Origin: an uncultured Acidobacteriota bacterium
GTDB taxonomy: Bacteria; Acidobacteriota; Thermoanaerobaculia; Multivoradales; UBA5704
Assembly: GCA_963770895.1 (NCBI GenBank)
Contig: CAVYRF010000002.1
Span: 5,472,001 to 5,536,000 of the forward strand
Reading direction: 5' to 3'
Length of the DNA stretch: 64,000 nt
Shown here: positions 19,114 through 30,854 of the stretch, in pieces
Layout: the number at the start of each line of letters is the position of its first letter
How positions within the stretch are numbered: position 1 is the stretch's first letter
The notes under the pieces: model-generated
Database searches by the model: none
What the model saw: only the letters and a program-made list of their open reading frames with translations
Told to the model about the DNA's origin: nothing
Position numbers and translations under genes: made by a program

Positions 19114-19932
19114 ATGAACCTTACGCAAGAGCAGGTTGAGCTCTATCGCAAAGACGGATATCTGTTCCTGCCGTCGCTGTTCTCGGCGGCGGAGCTGGAG
19201 CTGTTGAAGGCCGAGGTGCGCGCCGAATTCGCGGAGGAGTCGGATCGCACGGTCAAGGAAAAGGGCAGCGCGACGGTGCGTTCCGTCTATGGCTCGCACT
19301 TAAAAAATGATGTGTTCAAGCGTCTGTCGCGGTTGCCTCGCCTGGTGGGGCCGGCGCAGCAGCTGCTCGACGACGACGACGTGTACGTCTACCAGTTCAA
19401 GATCAACGCCAAGGTGGCGTTCGAAGGCGACCTGTGGCAGTGGCACCAGGACTACATCTTCTGGTTGAAGGAGGACGGGCTGCCGCAGCCGCGCGCGGTC
19501 AACGTGGTGGTGTATTTCGACGAAGTCAACGAGTTCAACGGTCCGCTGCTCTTCATCCCGGGCTCGCAGGAAGAAGGCGTGCTGGATCCTTCGGCCAGCA
19601 GCGGCCGGCCCGCCGGTTACGAAGACAAGCCGGATTGGGTTTCCGATCTGACCGCCGACCTCAAGTTCACCATCCACCGCGACACCCTGGCGCGCCTGGT
19701 CAATCAGCATCAGATCGTCGCGCCCAAGGGCGCCGCCGGCTCCGTGCTGTTTTTCCATCCCAACGTGGTGCACGGGTCGACGCAGAACATGTCGCCGTTC
19801 GATCGCACCCTGACGATCGTCACCTACAGCAGCGTCGGCAACGTACCGAAGCATGTGGTCAGGCCGGACTTTCTGGTCAGCCGCGACTACTCGGCGGTCG
19901 TGCCGCTCAGCCACGACGCGCTGGTGCCGTAA
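19114..19932 (+). CDS. Fe(II)/2-oxoglutarate dioxygenase, PhyH family (EctD/proline-hydroxylase-related)
   Basis: YQFKINAK, WHQD (HxD), NGPLLFIPGS, VVHGS..N.SPFDR; GGAGG SD. Confidence 0.88.
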   Translation: MNLTQEQVELYRKDGYLFLPSLFSAAELELLKAEVRAEFAEESDRTVKEKGSATVRSVYGSHLKNDVFKRLSRLPRLVGPAQQLLDDDDVYVYQFKINAKVAFEGDLWQWHQDYIFWLKEDGLPQPRAVNVVVYFDEVNEFNGPLLFIPGSQEEGVLDPSASSGRPAGYEDKPDWVSDLTADLKFTIHRDTLARLVNQHQIVAPKGAAGSVLFFHPNVVHGSTQNMSPFDRTLTIVTYSSVGNVPKHVVRPDFLVSRDYSAVVPLSHDALVP

Positions 19933-19942
19933 TCCCGCGCTG

Positions 19943-19982
19943 CCGGTATCCCGATCCCGATCCTGCCGGGTCGGGATACCGG
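19943..19982. terminator. Hairpin between convergent genes
   Basis: CCGGTATCCCGA ... TCGGGATACCGG perfect 12-bp stem; no U tract. Confidence 0.5.
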
Positions 19983-19992
19983 GCGGTGGCTC

Positions 19993-20841
19993 CTACCGCG
20001 GATGGTCGGAGGAGGCCGCGGGCGATGTCACCGCGGCGGCAGCCGCGGCCGGAGCGGTGGAGGAGGCGGCGGCCAGGCGGGCAAAGCTCTCCTTGAACTG
20101 CGGCATCCAGTTTTTGGGCACCGAGAAACCGTGCCCCACCTTGTGCAGCCAGACCAGCTCGCCGTGCGGCACCTGGTGGACGTACGTCCGGGTGTCGGCG
20201 GGCGTGCAGATCTGGTCGACGTCGCCCTGCATCGCGATCCAGGGCACCTCCAGCAGGTCGCTGGGCAGGAAATCGATGCCCTTGTGGTCGGGGTCCCGCT
20301 TCCACGCCAGACCGTTGCCCTTGCAGATCGGCATATTGACGATGAGGTCGGGGCAGAACCCCAGGCTGAGCGCGCCGCCGAAGGCGTGCGGCGGCGCCTG
20401 CACCAGGGCGGCGTAAACCAGGGTCGCGCCCGACGAGTAGCCCACCAGCAACGGCGGCCGGTGGCTCTTCCTGCCCAGCCGCTCTTCGACCGCCCTGCCC
20501 AGCGCCGCGAAGTCCTTGGCGGGATCGAAGCAGCTGTCGGGGGTCGCCCCTCCCACCACCGTCTTTACGTAGCGGGTGATGTCGACCCCGACCACCACCG
20601 CCCCCATCCCTGCCAGCTCGCGCGCCATGTCGACGACGCCCAGCTTCCAGCCGCCGTCGCCGGACACGAACAGCACCAGCGGCGCCGTGCGCCCGCCCGC
20701 CGTCCCCGACGTCCCCGGCGCGGGGTGGTACAGCGTCAACGGGCCGAACGGCGCCAGCGAGAACCGCTCCTCCAGGCCCGCGCCAAAACCGGCCGGCGCC
20801 AGCGCCAGCATCGCGAACAGCACCACCGCTGAACTCTTCAT
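19993..20841 (-). CDS. AcvB/VirJ family alpha/beta hydrolase (lysyl-phosphatidylglycerol hydrolase-like)
   Basis: Signal peptide MKSSAVV..; FVSGDGGW, LVGYSSGA nucleophile motif, GHGF. Confidence 0.82.
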   Translation of the reverse strand: MKSSAVVLFAMLALAPAGFGAGLEERFSLAPFGPLTLYHPAPGTSGTAGGRTAPLVLFVSGDGGWKLGVVDMARELAGMGAVVVGVDITRYVKTVVGGATPDSCFDPAKDFAALGRAVEERLGRKSHRPPLLVGYSSGATLVYAALVQAPPHAFGGALSLGFCPDLIVNMPICKGNGLAWKRDPDHKGIDFLPSDLLEVPWIAMQGDVDQICTPADTRTYVHQVPHGELVWLHKVGHGFSVPKNWMPQFKESFARLAAASSTAPAAAAAAVTSPAASSDHPR

Positions 20842-21143
20842 ACCTGCCACACCTCCATGCGCGGGGGTGTGCGACCTCCCGCCGGCCGCGCCCGGCTGCG
20901 AGCGCAGCAAGAAAGGGACCAGCGCTTCGCCGCAAGCGCCCAGCCCGCGCCAGCAGTCTATCGCCTGGAATGCCATCGGATTGTGGCATGGGTCTGGCAT
21001 ACTGATTGCCGTTCGACTACGAGCGCCATGGCCACGCCAGCACACGGAAGCGGAGCCACTACGATCCCCGCGCTGCCTTTGCGCAGCCGCCCCTGCCGGG
21101 ATGCAGCGGGCGGCTGGCGCTCCTCGTGAGGAAAGGATGAAAC

Positions 21144-22440
21144 ATGGCTGAAGACACGCCGCACCCGCCGGCTCACGGCGAAGCCACACCCGCCGCGCCA
21201 GCGGATGCGCATCGATCCTCGCCGTCGCGGCACCGCGTCTGGGTGTGGATCCTGGCTGTCGCCGCCGTCCTGGTGGTCATCATCCTGTTCGTCTACTGGC
21301 GCCACGCGGCGGCCAAGGCAAAGGCGGCGGCGGCGGCAAAGCGCAATGCCAACACGGCGGTGGCGATCACCACGGCGACGGCCACCAGGGGTGACATCGG
21401 CGTCTACATCGACTCGATCGGCACCGTCACGCCGTTGCAGACCGATTCCATCACCAGCCTGGTGAGCGGCCTGATCTTTTCCGTGCACTACCACGAAGGG
21501 CAGCTGGTCCACATCGGCGATCCGCTGGTCGACGATCGATCCGCGTCCCTACCGGGCGACGCTGCTGCAGGCGCAGGGGACGCTCGAAAAGGATGAGAAC
21601 GTGCTGGGGCAGGCGCGCATGGACCTGGTGCGCTACCGCGCCGCGCTGGCGCGCAACGCCATCGCCGAGCAGCAGGCGGCGGACCAGGAAAAGATCGTGC
21701 TGCAGGACGAAGGCGTGGTCAAAAACGACCAGGGCACCGTGCAGTACGACGAGCTGCAGGTCGCCAACTGCCATATCGTGGCGCCGATCAGCGGTCAGGT
21801 GGGCTTGCGGCTGGTCGACCCCGGCAACGTGGTGCAGGCCAACAGCACCGTCACCCTGGTGGTGATCACCCAGCTGCAGCCCATCACCGTGGTCTTCACG
21901 GTTTCGGAGGACGGCCTGGGGCCCGTGGCGACGCGCCTGCGCAGCCAGGCCAAGCTGGCGGTGGACGTGTTCGATCGCACGGCGCAGACCAAGATCGCGA
22001 GCGGCGTGCTGGTGGCGCTGGACAACCAGGTGGACACGACGACCGGCACGGTCAAGGGGCGCGCGCAATTTGACAACGCCAACCTGGCGCTCTTTCCCAA
22101 TCAATTCGTCAACACGCGGCTGCTGGTCGATACCATCCGCGGAGCGACGCTGGTGCCGACCTCGACCATCCAGCACAATGGCCAGGCGTCCTTCGTCTAC
22201 GTGATCCAGAACGGCACGGCGCTGATGAAGCCGGTCAAGCCGGGAGTCAACAACGGCGCCATCACCCAGGTCGAAGGTATCAACCCCGGCGACGTGCTGG
22301 CCAACAGCAACTTCGACAAGCTGCAGAACAACACCAAGGTCGCGGTGAGCAACCCGGCGGCACCCGGCGCCGCCGCTGCCGCTCCCGCCGCCGCTCCCGC
22401 CGTCAAGGCGAAGACCCCGCGCAGGAACCCGCTGCCGTGA
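21144..22440 (+). CDS. mdtA: RND periplasmic adaptor MdtA-like (one frameshift near 21533)
   Basis: TM anchor, [41 protein letters not shown]; removing one base restores xIDPRPY. Confidence 0.85.
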
Positions 22441-25400
22441 ACCCGTCGCGCCCGTTCATCGTCCGGCCGGTGGCAACGGCGTTGCTGATGGCCGCGATCT
22501 TTCTGGTCGGGGTGGTCGGCTACACCCAGCTGCCGGTGTCGGCGCTGCCCGAAGTCGACTATCCCACCATCCAGGTGGTGACGTTCTACCCCGGTGCCAG
22601 CCCGGACGTCATGGCCACCACGGTCACGGCGCCGCTGGAACGCCAGTTCGGCGAAATGCAGGGCCTCAGCCAGATGACGTCGACCAGCGCCGGCGGCACG
22701 TCGGTGGTGGTGCTGCAGTTCAACCTCACGCTCGACATCGACGTCGCCGAAGAAGAGGTGCAGTCGGCGATCAACGCTTCGCAAAGCGTGCTGCCGGCCA
22801 ACCTGCCGGCGCCGCCGGTCTACAGCAAGACCAACCCCGCCGACGCGCCGGTGCTGACCCTGGCCGTCACCTCGGCCACGGTGCCGCTGTCGCAGGTCGA
22901 GGACCTGGTGGACACCCGCCTGGCACCCAAGATCTCGCAGCTCAACGGCGTCGGCCTGGTCACCATCAGCGGCGGCCAGAAGCCGGCGGTGCGCATCCAG
23001 GCCAACCCCAGGGCGCTGTCGTCGTACGGCATCAACCTGGAGGACCTGCGCACGGCGTTGACCCAGGCGAGCGTCAACGCCGCCAAGGGCAACTTCGACG
23101 GCCCGCGCCAGGACTATCAGATCGATTCCAACGACCAGCTGGTCACCAGCGCCGACTATCGCAAGGTGGTGGTCGCCTACCGCAACGGCGCGCCGGTGAT
23201 GCTGAGCGACGTGGCGCGCATCGTCGACGGCGTGGAAAACAACGTCCAGGCGGCGTGGATGAACATGACGCCGGCGATCATCGTCAACGTGCAACGGCAG
23301 CCCGGTGCCAACACCATCAGCGTGGTCAGGACCATCAAGAACCTGCTGCCGCAGCTGCAGGTGAACCTGCCCAAGGGTATCGAGGTCACGACGCTGACCG
23401 ACCTGACCACGTCGATCCAGGCGTCGGTGACCGACGTCGAGCTCGACCTGTTCCTGACCGTGGCGCTGGTGGTCCTGATCATCTTCCTGTTTCTACGCAG
23501 CCTGCGCGCCACGATCATCCCCAGCATCGCCGTGCCGCTGTCGCTGGTCGGCACCCTGGCGGTGATGTACCTGCTGGGGTACAGCCTGGACAACCTGTCG
23601 CTGATGGCCCTGACCATCGCCACCGGCTTCGTCGTCGACGATGCGATCGTCATGATGGAGAACATCTCGCGCTACATGGAGAGGGCGAAAAGCCGATGGC
23701 CGCGGCGCTCAAGGGCGCGGAGCAGATCGGCTTCACCATCGTTTCGCTGACGGTGTCGCTGATCGCGGTGCTGATCCCGCTGCTCTTCATGGGCGACGTG
23801 GTGGGGCGGCTGTTCCGCGAGTTCGCGGTGACCCTGGCGGTGACGATCATCTTTTCGGCGATCGTGTCGCTGACCCTCACACCGATGATGAGCGCGCGCA
23901 TCCTGCGGCAGGAGTCGGAGGAGAAGCGCGGTCGCTTCTATCAGGCATCGGAACGCGTCTTCAATCGTCTGATCGACTTCTACGGCCGCACGCTCAAGTT
24001 CGTCCTGGGCTACCAGACGGTGACGCTGCTGATCGCGCTGGCGACGCTCATCCTTACCGTCATTCTCTACATCGTGATCCCCAAGGGGTTCTTCCCGGTG
24101 CAGGACACCGGCGTCATCCAGGGTATTTCCCAGGCGCCGCAGGACATCGGCGCCAAGGCCATGGCCGCCAGGCAGCAGGAGGTGGCGAAGATCGTGCTGG
24201 CCGACCCGGCCGTCGCCAGCCTGTCGTCGTTCATCGGCGCCGACGGCACCAATACCACCACCAACAGCGGCAGGATGTCGATCAACCTCAAGCCGCTCGA
24301 CCAGCGCGACCTGAGCGCCGCGGACGTGGTGCGCAGGCTCAAGGGCTCGCTCAGCCAGGTGCAGGGCATCGAGCTGTTCATGGAGCCGGTGCAGAACATC
24401 ACGGTCGACGACCGCGTGAGCCGCACCCAGTACCAGTACACGCTGGAAGACCCCGACGTCAACGAGCTCAACGATTGGACCAACCGGTTCGTCGCCAAGC
24501 TCAAGGAGCTGCCCGACCTGGAAGACGTCGCGACCGACCAGCAGACCGGCGGCCTGGCCGTGTCGCTGGTGATCGACCGGGTGAGCGCCTCGCGTCTGGG
24601 CATCGCGCCGGCGACGATGGACAACACGCTGTACGACGCCTTCGGCCAGCGCCAGATCAACACCATGTACACCCAGGTCAACCAGTACCACGTGATCCTG
24701 GAAAGCGATCCCAAGTTCCAGCAGGACCCGAGCAGCCTCAACAACCTTTACATCCAGGCCAACGCTTCGGCCGGGACGAGCGGCGCCGCCGCCTCGTCGT
24801 CGTTTTCCGCCTCCGCGTCGGCCTCGGCCGGTTCGAACGCGTTGACCGGGTCGGCGCTGTACACGCCGTCGGCCACCACGCTGTCGCCGCCCAACGGCGC
24901 GCTGGCCGCGGCCGGCGGGGGCGCTGCCACCACCAGCCGCGGCGTGACGTCGGCCGGCAGCACCAGCTCGGTGATGAGCAACGCCGTGCCGCTCAGCGCC
25001 TTCTCGCACTTTGTGCGGACCACCGAGCCGCTGGCCATCACCCACCAGGGGCAGTTCCCGGCGATCACGGTGTCCTTCAACCTGGCCGCGGACGCGTCGC
25101 TGGGCTCCGCCATTTCGGAGGTCAACCGGGTGCAGCGGGAGCTGCAAATGCCGCCCAGCGTCCAGGCCAGCTTTCAGGGCACCGCGGCATCGTTCACCAA
25201 TTCGCTGACCAACGAACCGCTGCTGATCCTGGCGGCGCTGGTTGCGGTGTACATCGTGCTGGGCATCCTGTACGAAAGCTTCATCCACCCCATCACCATC
25301 CTGTCGACGCTGCCCTCGGCGGGCGTCGGGGCGCTGCTGGCGCTGATGCTGTTCCGCCAGGACCTCAACGTGGTGGCGCTGATCGGCATCATCCTGCTGA

Positions 25401-25867
25401 TCGGCATCGTCAAGAAAAACGGCATCATGATGGTCGACTTCGCCCTGGACGCCGAGCGCAACCAGGGCAAGAGCCCGACCGACGCGATGTACGAGTCGTG
25501 CCTGCTGCGCTTCCGCCCCATCATGATGACTACCATGGCGGCGCTGCTGGCCGGCATCCCGCTGGCCTTCGGCAGCGGCGTGGGGTCCGAGCTGCGCAAG
25601 CCCCTGGGCATCGCGATGGTGGGCGGCCTGCTGCTGAGCCAGGTGCTGACGCTGTATACGACGCCGGTGATCTACATCTTCTTCGACACCCTGGCGCAGC
25701 GCTTCGGCCACGGCAAGGAGCGCGACCGCGACAGGGACAGGGAAGGGGAGGGCGGCTCCAGCCAGGATGGTGAGGCGCGGAAGGGGGCCGACGGGCGGGC
25801 GCGCAGCGACCGCGCAAACGATCGGCGCGGCGGAGCGGGGGAGCCGCAGCCGGCAGGGCAATCGTGA
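22437..25867 (+). CDS. mdtB: RND transporter MdtB-like (one frameshift near 23680)
   Basis: [55 protein letters not shown]. Confidence 0.88.
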
Positions 25868-28800
25868 ACATCAGCGCACCCTTCATTCATCGGCCGGTCG
25901 CCACGACGCTGCTGACGGTGGCGATCGCGCTGACCGGCGTCGTCGCATTTCTGGTGCTGCCGGTATCGCCCCTGCCGCAGGTGGATTTTCCGACCATCTC
26001 GGTCAGCTCCTCGCTGCCGGGCGGCAGCGCCGAGATCATGGCCTCGTCGGTCGCCACCCCCCTGGAGCGGCAGTTCGGCGCACATCGCCGGGGTGACCGA
26101 GATGACGTCGGCCAGCTCGCTGGGCAGCACCTCGATCACCATCCAGTTCGACCTCAGCCGCGACATCAACGGCGCGGCGCGCGACGTGGAGGCGGCGATC
26201 AACGGCGCGCGAGCCTACCTGCCGGCCAACCTGCCGTCCAATCCGACCTATCGCAAGGTCAATCCGGCGGACGCGCCGATCATGATCCTGGGCCTGACGT
26301 CCGACAAATACGGCCCGGACAAGCTGTACGACGTCGCCTCTACGGTCATGCAGCAGAAGCTGTCGCAGCTGCAGGGCGTCGGCCAGGTGAACGTCGGCGG
26401 CGGCGCCCTGCCCTCGGTGCGCGTCGACGCCAATCCGACGCAGCTGGCCCACTACGGCCTCACCATCGCCAACCTGCAATCGGCGCTGTCGCTGCAAAAC
26501 GCCGACCTGCCGAAGGGGCAGATCTCCGACGGTATCGTCACCGCCGACATCCTGGCCAACGACCAGATCTCGCACGCCGCGGATTACAAGCCGCTGGTCG
26601 TCGGCTACACCAACGGCGCCGCGGTGCGCCTGGCGGACGTCGCCCAGGTGACCGACTCGGTGCAGAACATCCGCGCCGCCGGGTATCTGAACGGCAAGCG
26701 GGCGGTGACGCTGATCATCTTCCGCCAGCCGGGCGCCAACATCATCCAGACGGTCGACACCATCCGCGCGGCGCTGCCTTCGATCAAGGCGTCGATCCCG
26801 TTTGGCATCGACGTCACCATGGTGCTGGATCGCACCACCACCATCCGCGCTTCGATCGTCGACGTCGAACGCACGCTGATCATCTCGATCGTGCTGGTGA
26901 TCGTGGTGGTGTTCCTGTTCCTGCGCAACGGCCGCGCCACGCTCATCCCCGGCGTCGCGATGCCGGTGTCGCTGATCGGCACCTTTGCCGTGATGTATCT
27001 CTTCGGCTACAGCATCGACAACCTGTCGCTGATGGCGCTCACCATCGCCACCGGCTTCGTGGTCGACGACGCCATCGTGGTGATGGAGAACGTCTCGCGC
27101 CACCTGGAAGCCGGCATGAAGCCGTTCGCGGCGGCGCTCAAGGGCGCCCAGGAGATCGGCTTCACGGTGCTGTCGATCAGCATCTCGCTGGTGGCCGTGT
27201 TCATCCCGCTGCTGCTGATGGGCGGCATCGTCGGGCGGCTGTTCCGCGAGTTCGCGGTGACGCTGTCGACCGCCATCGTGGTGTCGATGTTCATCACCCT
27301 GACCACGACGCCGATGATGTGCGCCTACCTGCTGCGCAGCGAGCGCGAGCGTCAAGCACGGGCGTCTCTACCGGGCGAGCGAAAAGGCTTTCGATTGGAT
27401 GCTGTCGGTGTATCGCCGCAGCCTGCACTGGGTGCTGGACAATCCGGGCCTGACCCTGGTGGTGCTGGTGCTCACCATCGCGGTCAACGTCTGGCTGGTG
27501 ATCAAGATCCCCAAGGGATTCTTCCCCGAGCAGGATACCGGCGCGATCACCGGCGCGGTGCGCGGGCCGCAGGACTCTTCGTTCCCGGTGATGAACGACT
27601 CGCCGCCCAGCAGATCGTCGGCGTGATCAAGGCGGACAAGGCGGTGCAAAACGTGATCGCCTTCACCGGCGGCCAGCGGCGCCACCAACACCGGCTTCAT
27701 CTACATCGCGCTCAAGCCGCTGTCGGTGCGCAAGGTCAGCGCCGCGCAGATCATCGCCCGCCTGCGGCCGCAAATTGAACGCCTCGCCGGCGGCCTCCGC
27801 CTTCCTGCAGGCGGCGCAGGACCTGCGCATCGGCGGCGCGGTCCAGCAACGCCATGTACCAATACACCCTGCAGTCCGACAACGTGCAGGATCTGACCAA
27901 GTGGGGACCGATCGCTGCTGGCGCAGATGAAGAAGCTGCCGGGGATGCAGGACGTCAGCTCCGACCAGCAGAACGGCGGCCTCGACGAGATGCTGACGTT
28001 CGACCGGGTCACCGCCGCCAAGCTGGGGCAGACCACGCAGTCGCTGGATGCGGCGCTGTACAGCGCCTTCGGCCAATCCGAAGTGTCGGTCATCTACACC
28101 CAGCTCAACCAGTATTACGTCGTGCTGGAGGTGGCGCCGCAGTACTGGCAGAGCCCGGAAGGGCTCAAGTCGCATCTACCTGCACAGTCCCGGCGGCGGC
28201 ATGATCCCGCTGCTCGCGGTCGCCAAGAGCCAGGTCAGCAACGTCGCTCTGGCGATCAACCATACGGGGCTGTTCCCCATCGGTCACCACGTCCTTCAAT
28301 CTGGCGCCGAACGTATCGCTGAGCGATGCCACCAAGAGCATCAACCAGATGCAGACCCGCCTGGGCACCCCCGCGACGATGCACGGGTTCTTCGCCGGCA
28401 CGCTGCTGGCCTACCAGCAGTCGCTGAGCAGCGAACCGATGCTGGTCCTGGCGGCCCTGCTGTCCGTCTACATCGTGCTGGGCATCCTGTACGAAAGCCT
28501 GGTCCACCCGCTGACGATCATCTCCAGCCTGCCGCCGGCCAGCGTCGGCGCGATGCTGGCGCTGATGCTTTTGGGCGAGGACCTCAACGTCATCTCGATC
28601 ATCGGCATCGTGCTGCTGATCGGCATCGTCAAGAAAAACGCCATCATGATGATCGACTTCGCCCTGGCAGGCCGAGCGCGACGAGGGCAAGAGCACCGAG
28701 GACTCCATCTTCGAAGCCTGCATGCTGCGCTTCCGCCCCATCCTGATGACCACCATGGCCGCCTTGTTCGGCGCCGTGCCGCTCGCCTTCGGCACCGGCA

Positions 28801-29009
28801 CCGGCTCGGAGCTGCGCCGCCCGCTGGGCATCACCATCATCGGCGGCCTGATCATGAGCCAGCTGCTGACGCTCTACACGACGCCCGTCGTCTACCTGAC
28901 CTTCGACCGCCTCCGCCTGCGCATGCAAAAGCGGCGGCGCCTGGCCAAGGGCGGCCGCCGCGCGCCGGCGGCGTCTGGAGCCAGCGGCGCAAGCGGCGCC
29001 AGCGCGTAA
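25864..29009 (+). CDS. mdtC: RND transporter MdtC-like (about nine frameshifts; read errors or pseudogene)
   Basis: [55 protein letters not shown] spread over successive frames. Confidence 0.82.
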
Positions 29010-29109
29010 CCGGCCCGCCGGGTGCCGCGAGGCTTGCGGCGGCCCTGGCCGGCGGGGGACAATGCGGCATCGTCCCTGAGCGTGGTCGAGGCGGTACGGC
29101 CGTGGCGGT

Positions 29110-30465
29110 ATGATCGAGACCCTTCCCCAACAGAAGAGCCTTCCCCACAGCGAGGAATCCGAACGGGCGGTGCTCGGCGGCATTCTGCTCGACTCCGGGG
29201 TGCTGCCGACCATCTCGGGGCGGCTGCGCCCCGACGATTTCTACCTGGACCGGCACCGGGTGCTGTACCAGGCGATGCTCGACCTGCAGGACGCGCGGGT
29301 GACGATCGACCTGCGCACCGTGCAGGCGAAGCTGGAGCAGCAGGGCAGCTTCGACGAGATCGGCGGCCTGGCCTACATGGCGGGCCTGGACCTGGACCTG
29401 CCGGATCTGGGGCGGATCGACGCCTACGTCGAGATCGTCAAGGAGCGGTCGGTGCGCCGGCGGCTCATCCAGGCGTCGGGGCAGATCATCCGCGACTGCC
29501 TGGACGGCGGGCTCGACGCGCGCGACGCGCTGGGGCGCGCCGAGCAGGCCGTGCTCGGTCTGGGGGAAGAGGCGGTGCAGCGCGGCTTCGTGTCGCTCGG
29601 CCACGTCTTCCACGAAACGCTGGAAAACCTGGAGGAGCGGCCGGGCAGCCTGCTGACCGGCGTGCCCACCGGGTTCATCGACCTGGACCGCATCAGCCAC
29701 GGGCTGCACCGCGGCAACCTGGTCATCATCGCCGGCCGGCCCGGCATGGGCAAGACCAGCTTCGCCCTCAACATCGCCCAGCACGTGGCGATCCGCGAGC
29801 GCCACACGGTGGGGATCTTCTCGCTGGAGATGGGGCAGCAGGAGCTCGCCCTGCGCATCCTCTGCTCCGAAGCCGACATCTCCTTCGGCCGCCTGCGCGG
29901 CGGCCGGGTGGCGCAGAAGGAGTGGACGCGCATCGTGCAGACGGTGCGCGCCAACAACGAATCGCCGCTGTTCATCGACGACTCGGCCAACCCGTCGCTG
30001 CTGGAGGTGGCCTCCAAGGCGCGCCGCCTGAAGGCCGAAAAGGGGTTGGCGCTGCTCATCCTGGACTACCTGCAGCTGATGCAGGCCGGCGGCAAGTACG
30101 AAAACCGCAACCTGGAGATCGCCGCCATCAGCCGCGGCTTGAAGCAGCTCGCCAAGGAGCTGGACATCCCGGTCATCGCGCTGTCGCAGCTCTCCCGCCA
30201 GCCCGAGCGGCGAGGCAGCGACCACCGGCCGCAGCTTGCCGACCTGCGCGAAAGCGGCTCTATCGAACAGGACGCCGACCTGGTGGCCTTCATCTACCGC
30301 GACGAGGTGTACAACCCCACCGACGACAACAAGGGCCTGGCCGAGCTGATCATCGCCAAGCACCGCAACGGCGAGACCGGCACCATCGAGCTGGTCTTCC
30401 TGGGCGACACCACCAGCTTCCGCAACCTCGATCGCCACGGCGCCGCGCCGTCGGCGCCCTTCTGA
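29110..30465 (+). CDS. dnaB: Replicative DNA helicase DnaB
   Basis: PHSEESERAVLG, AGRPGMGKT, ILDYLQLM, LSQLSR, DLRESGSIEQDAD, AKHRNG. Confidence 0.97.
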   Translation: MIETLPQQKSLPHSEESERAVLGGILLDSGVLPTISGRLRPDDFYLDRHRVLYQAMLDLQDARVTIDLRTVQAKLEQQGSFDEIGGLAYMAGLDLDLPDLGRIDAYVEIVKERSVRRRLIQASGQIIRDCLDGGLDARDALGRAEQAVLGLGEEAVQRGFVSLGHVFHETLENLEERPGSLLTGVPTGFIDLDRISHGLHRGNLVIIAGRPGMGKTSFALNIAQHVAIRERHTVGIFSLEMGQQELALRILCSEADISFGRLRGGRVAQKEWTRIVQTVRANNESPLFIDDSANPSLLEVASKARRLKAEKGLALLILDYLQLMQAGGKYENRNLEIAAISRGLKQLAKELDIPVIALSQLSRQPERRGSDHRPQLADLRESGSIEQDADLVAFIYRDEVYNPTDDNKGLAELIIAKHRNGETGTIELVFLGDTTSFRNLDRHGAAPSAPF

Positions 30466-30513
30466 GCCCGGCGCGGCGGCGCCGGTCGATCGACCGGGCC
30501 GGCTGCGATCCGG

Positions 30514-30712
30514 CCCCCATCCCCTTCGATTTGGCCTCCCTCCCCTTCGATTCGGCACCCCTCCCCCTTCGGTTCGGCCTTCCCCTCCCCTTCGATTTGG
30601 CCCCCCCCTTCGGTTGGCCTTCCCCTCCCCTTCGATTTGGCCCCCCCTTCGGTTCGGCCTTCCCCTCCCCTTCGATTTGGCCCCCCCTTCGGTTCGGCCT
30701 TCCCCTCCCCCC
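30514..30712. repeat. Pyrimidine-rich tandem repeat
   Basis: Nine CCTTCGRTT(Y)GG cores separated by C runs; ~40-bp higher-order unit CCTTCCCCTCCCCTTCGATTTGGCCCCCCCTTCGGTTCGG repeated about three times. Confidence 0.9.
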
Positions 30713-30854
30713 GCCGGCACTTGGTGGACTTGGAAACTGTTTACGAGTGAAGTACTCTCGCGGGGTAGGCAGCATCACAGCCGGCGGGGCTCCTGCGTGG
30801 GCACGCCAAGTGCATCCAACTTGCGCGTCGATTCGCGGCAGGAGAGCGCAGACG

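Noticed and set aside
25864-29009. Programmed frameshifting or phase variation in mdtC
   Set aside because: Too many shifts, and not at homopolymer or slippery sites
30514-30712. Possible CRISPR array or replication iterons
   Set aside because: No unique spacers, only C runs; no cas or rep gene; not AT-rich and no DnaA boxes seen
29022-30854. Apparent 877-aa fusion ending in MlaE
   Set aside because: Off-frame overlap of dnaB plus translated tandem repeat; only the last ~266 aa are MlaE
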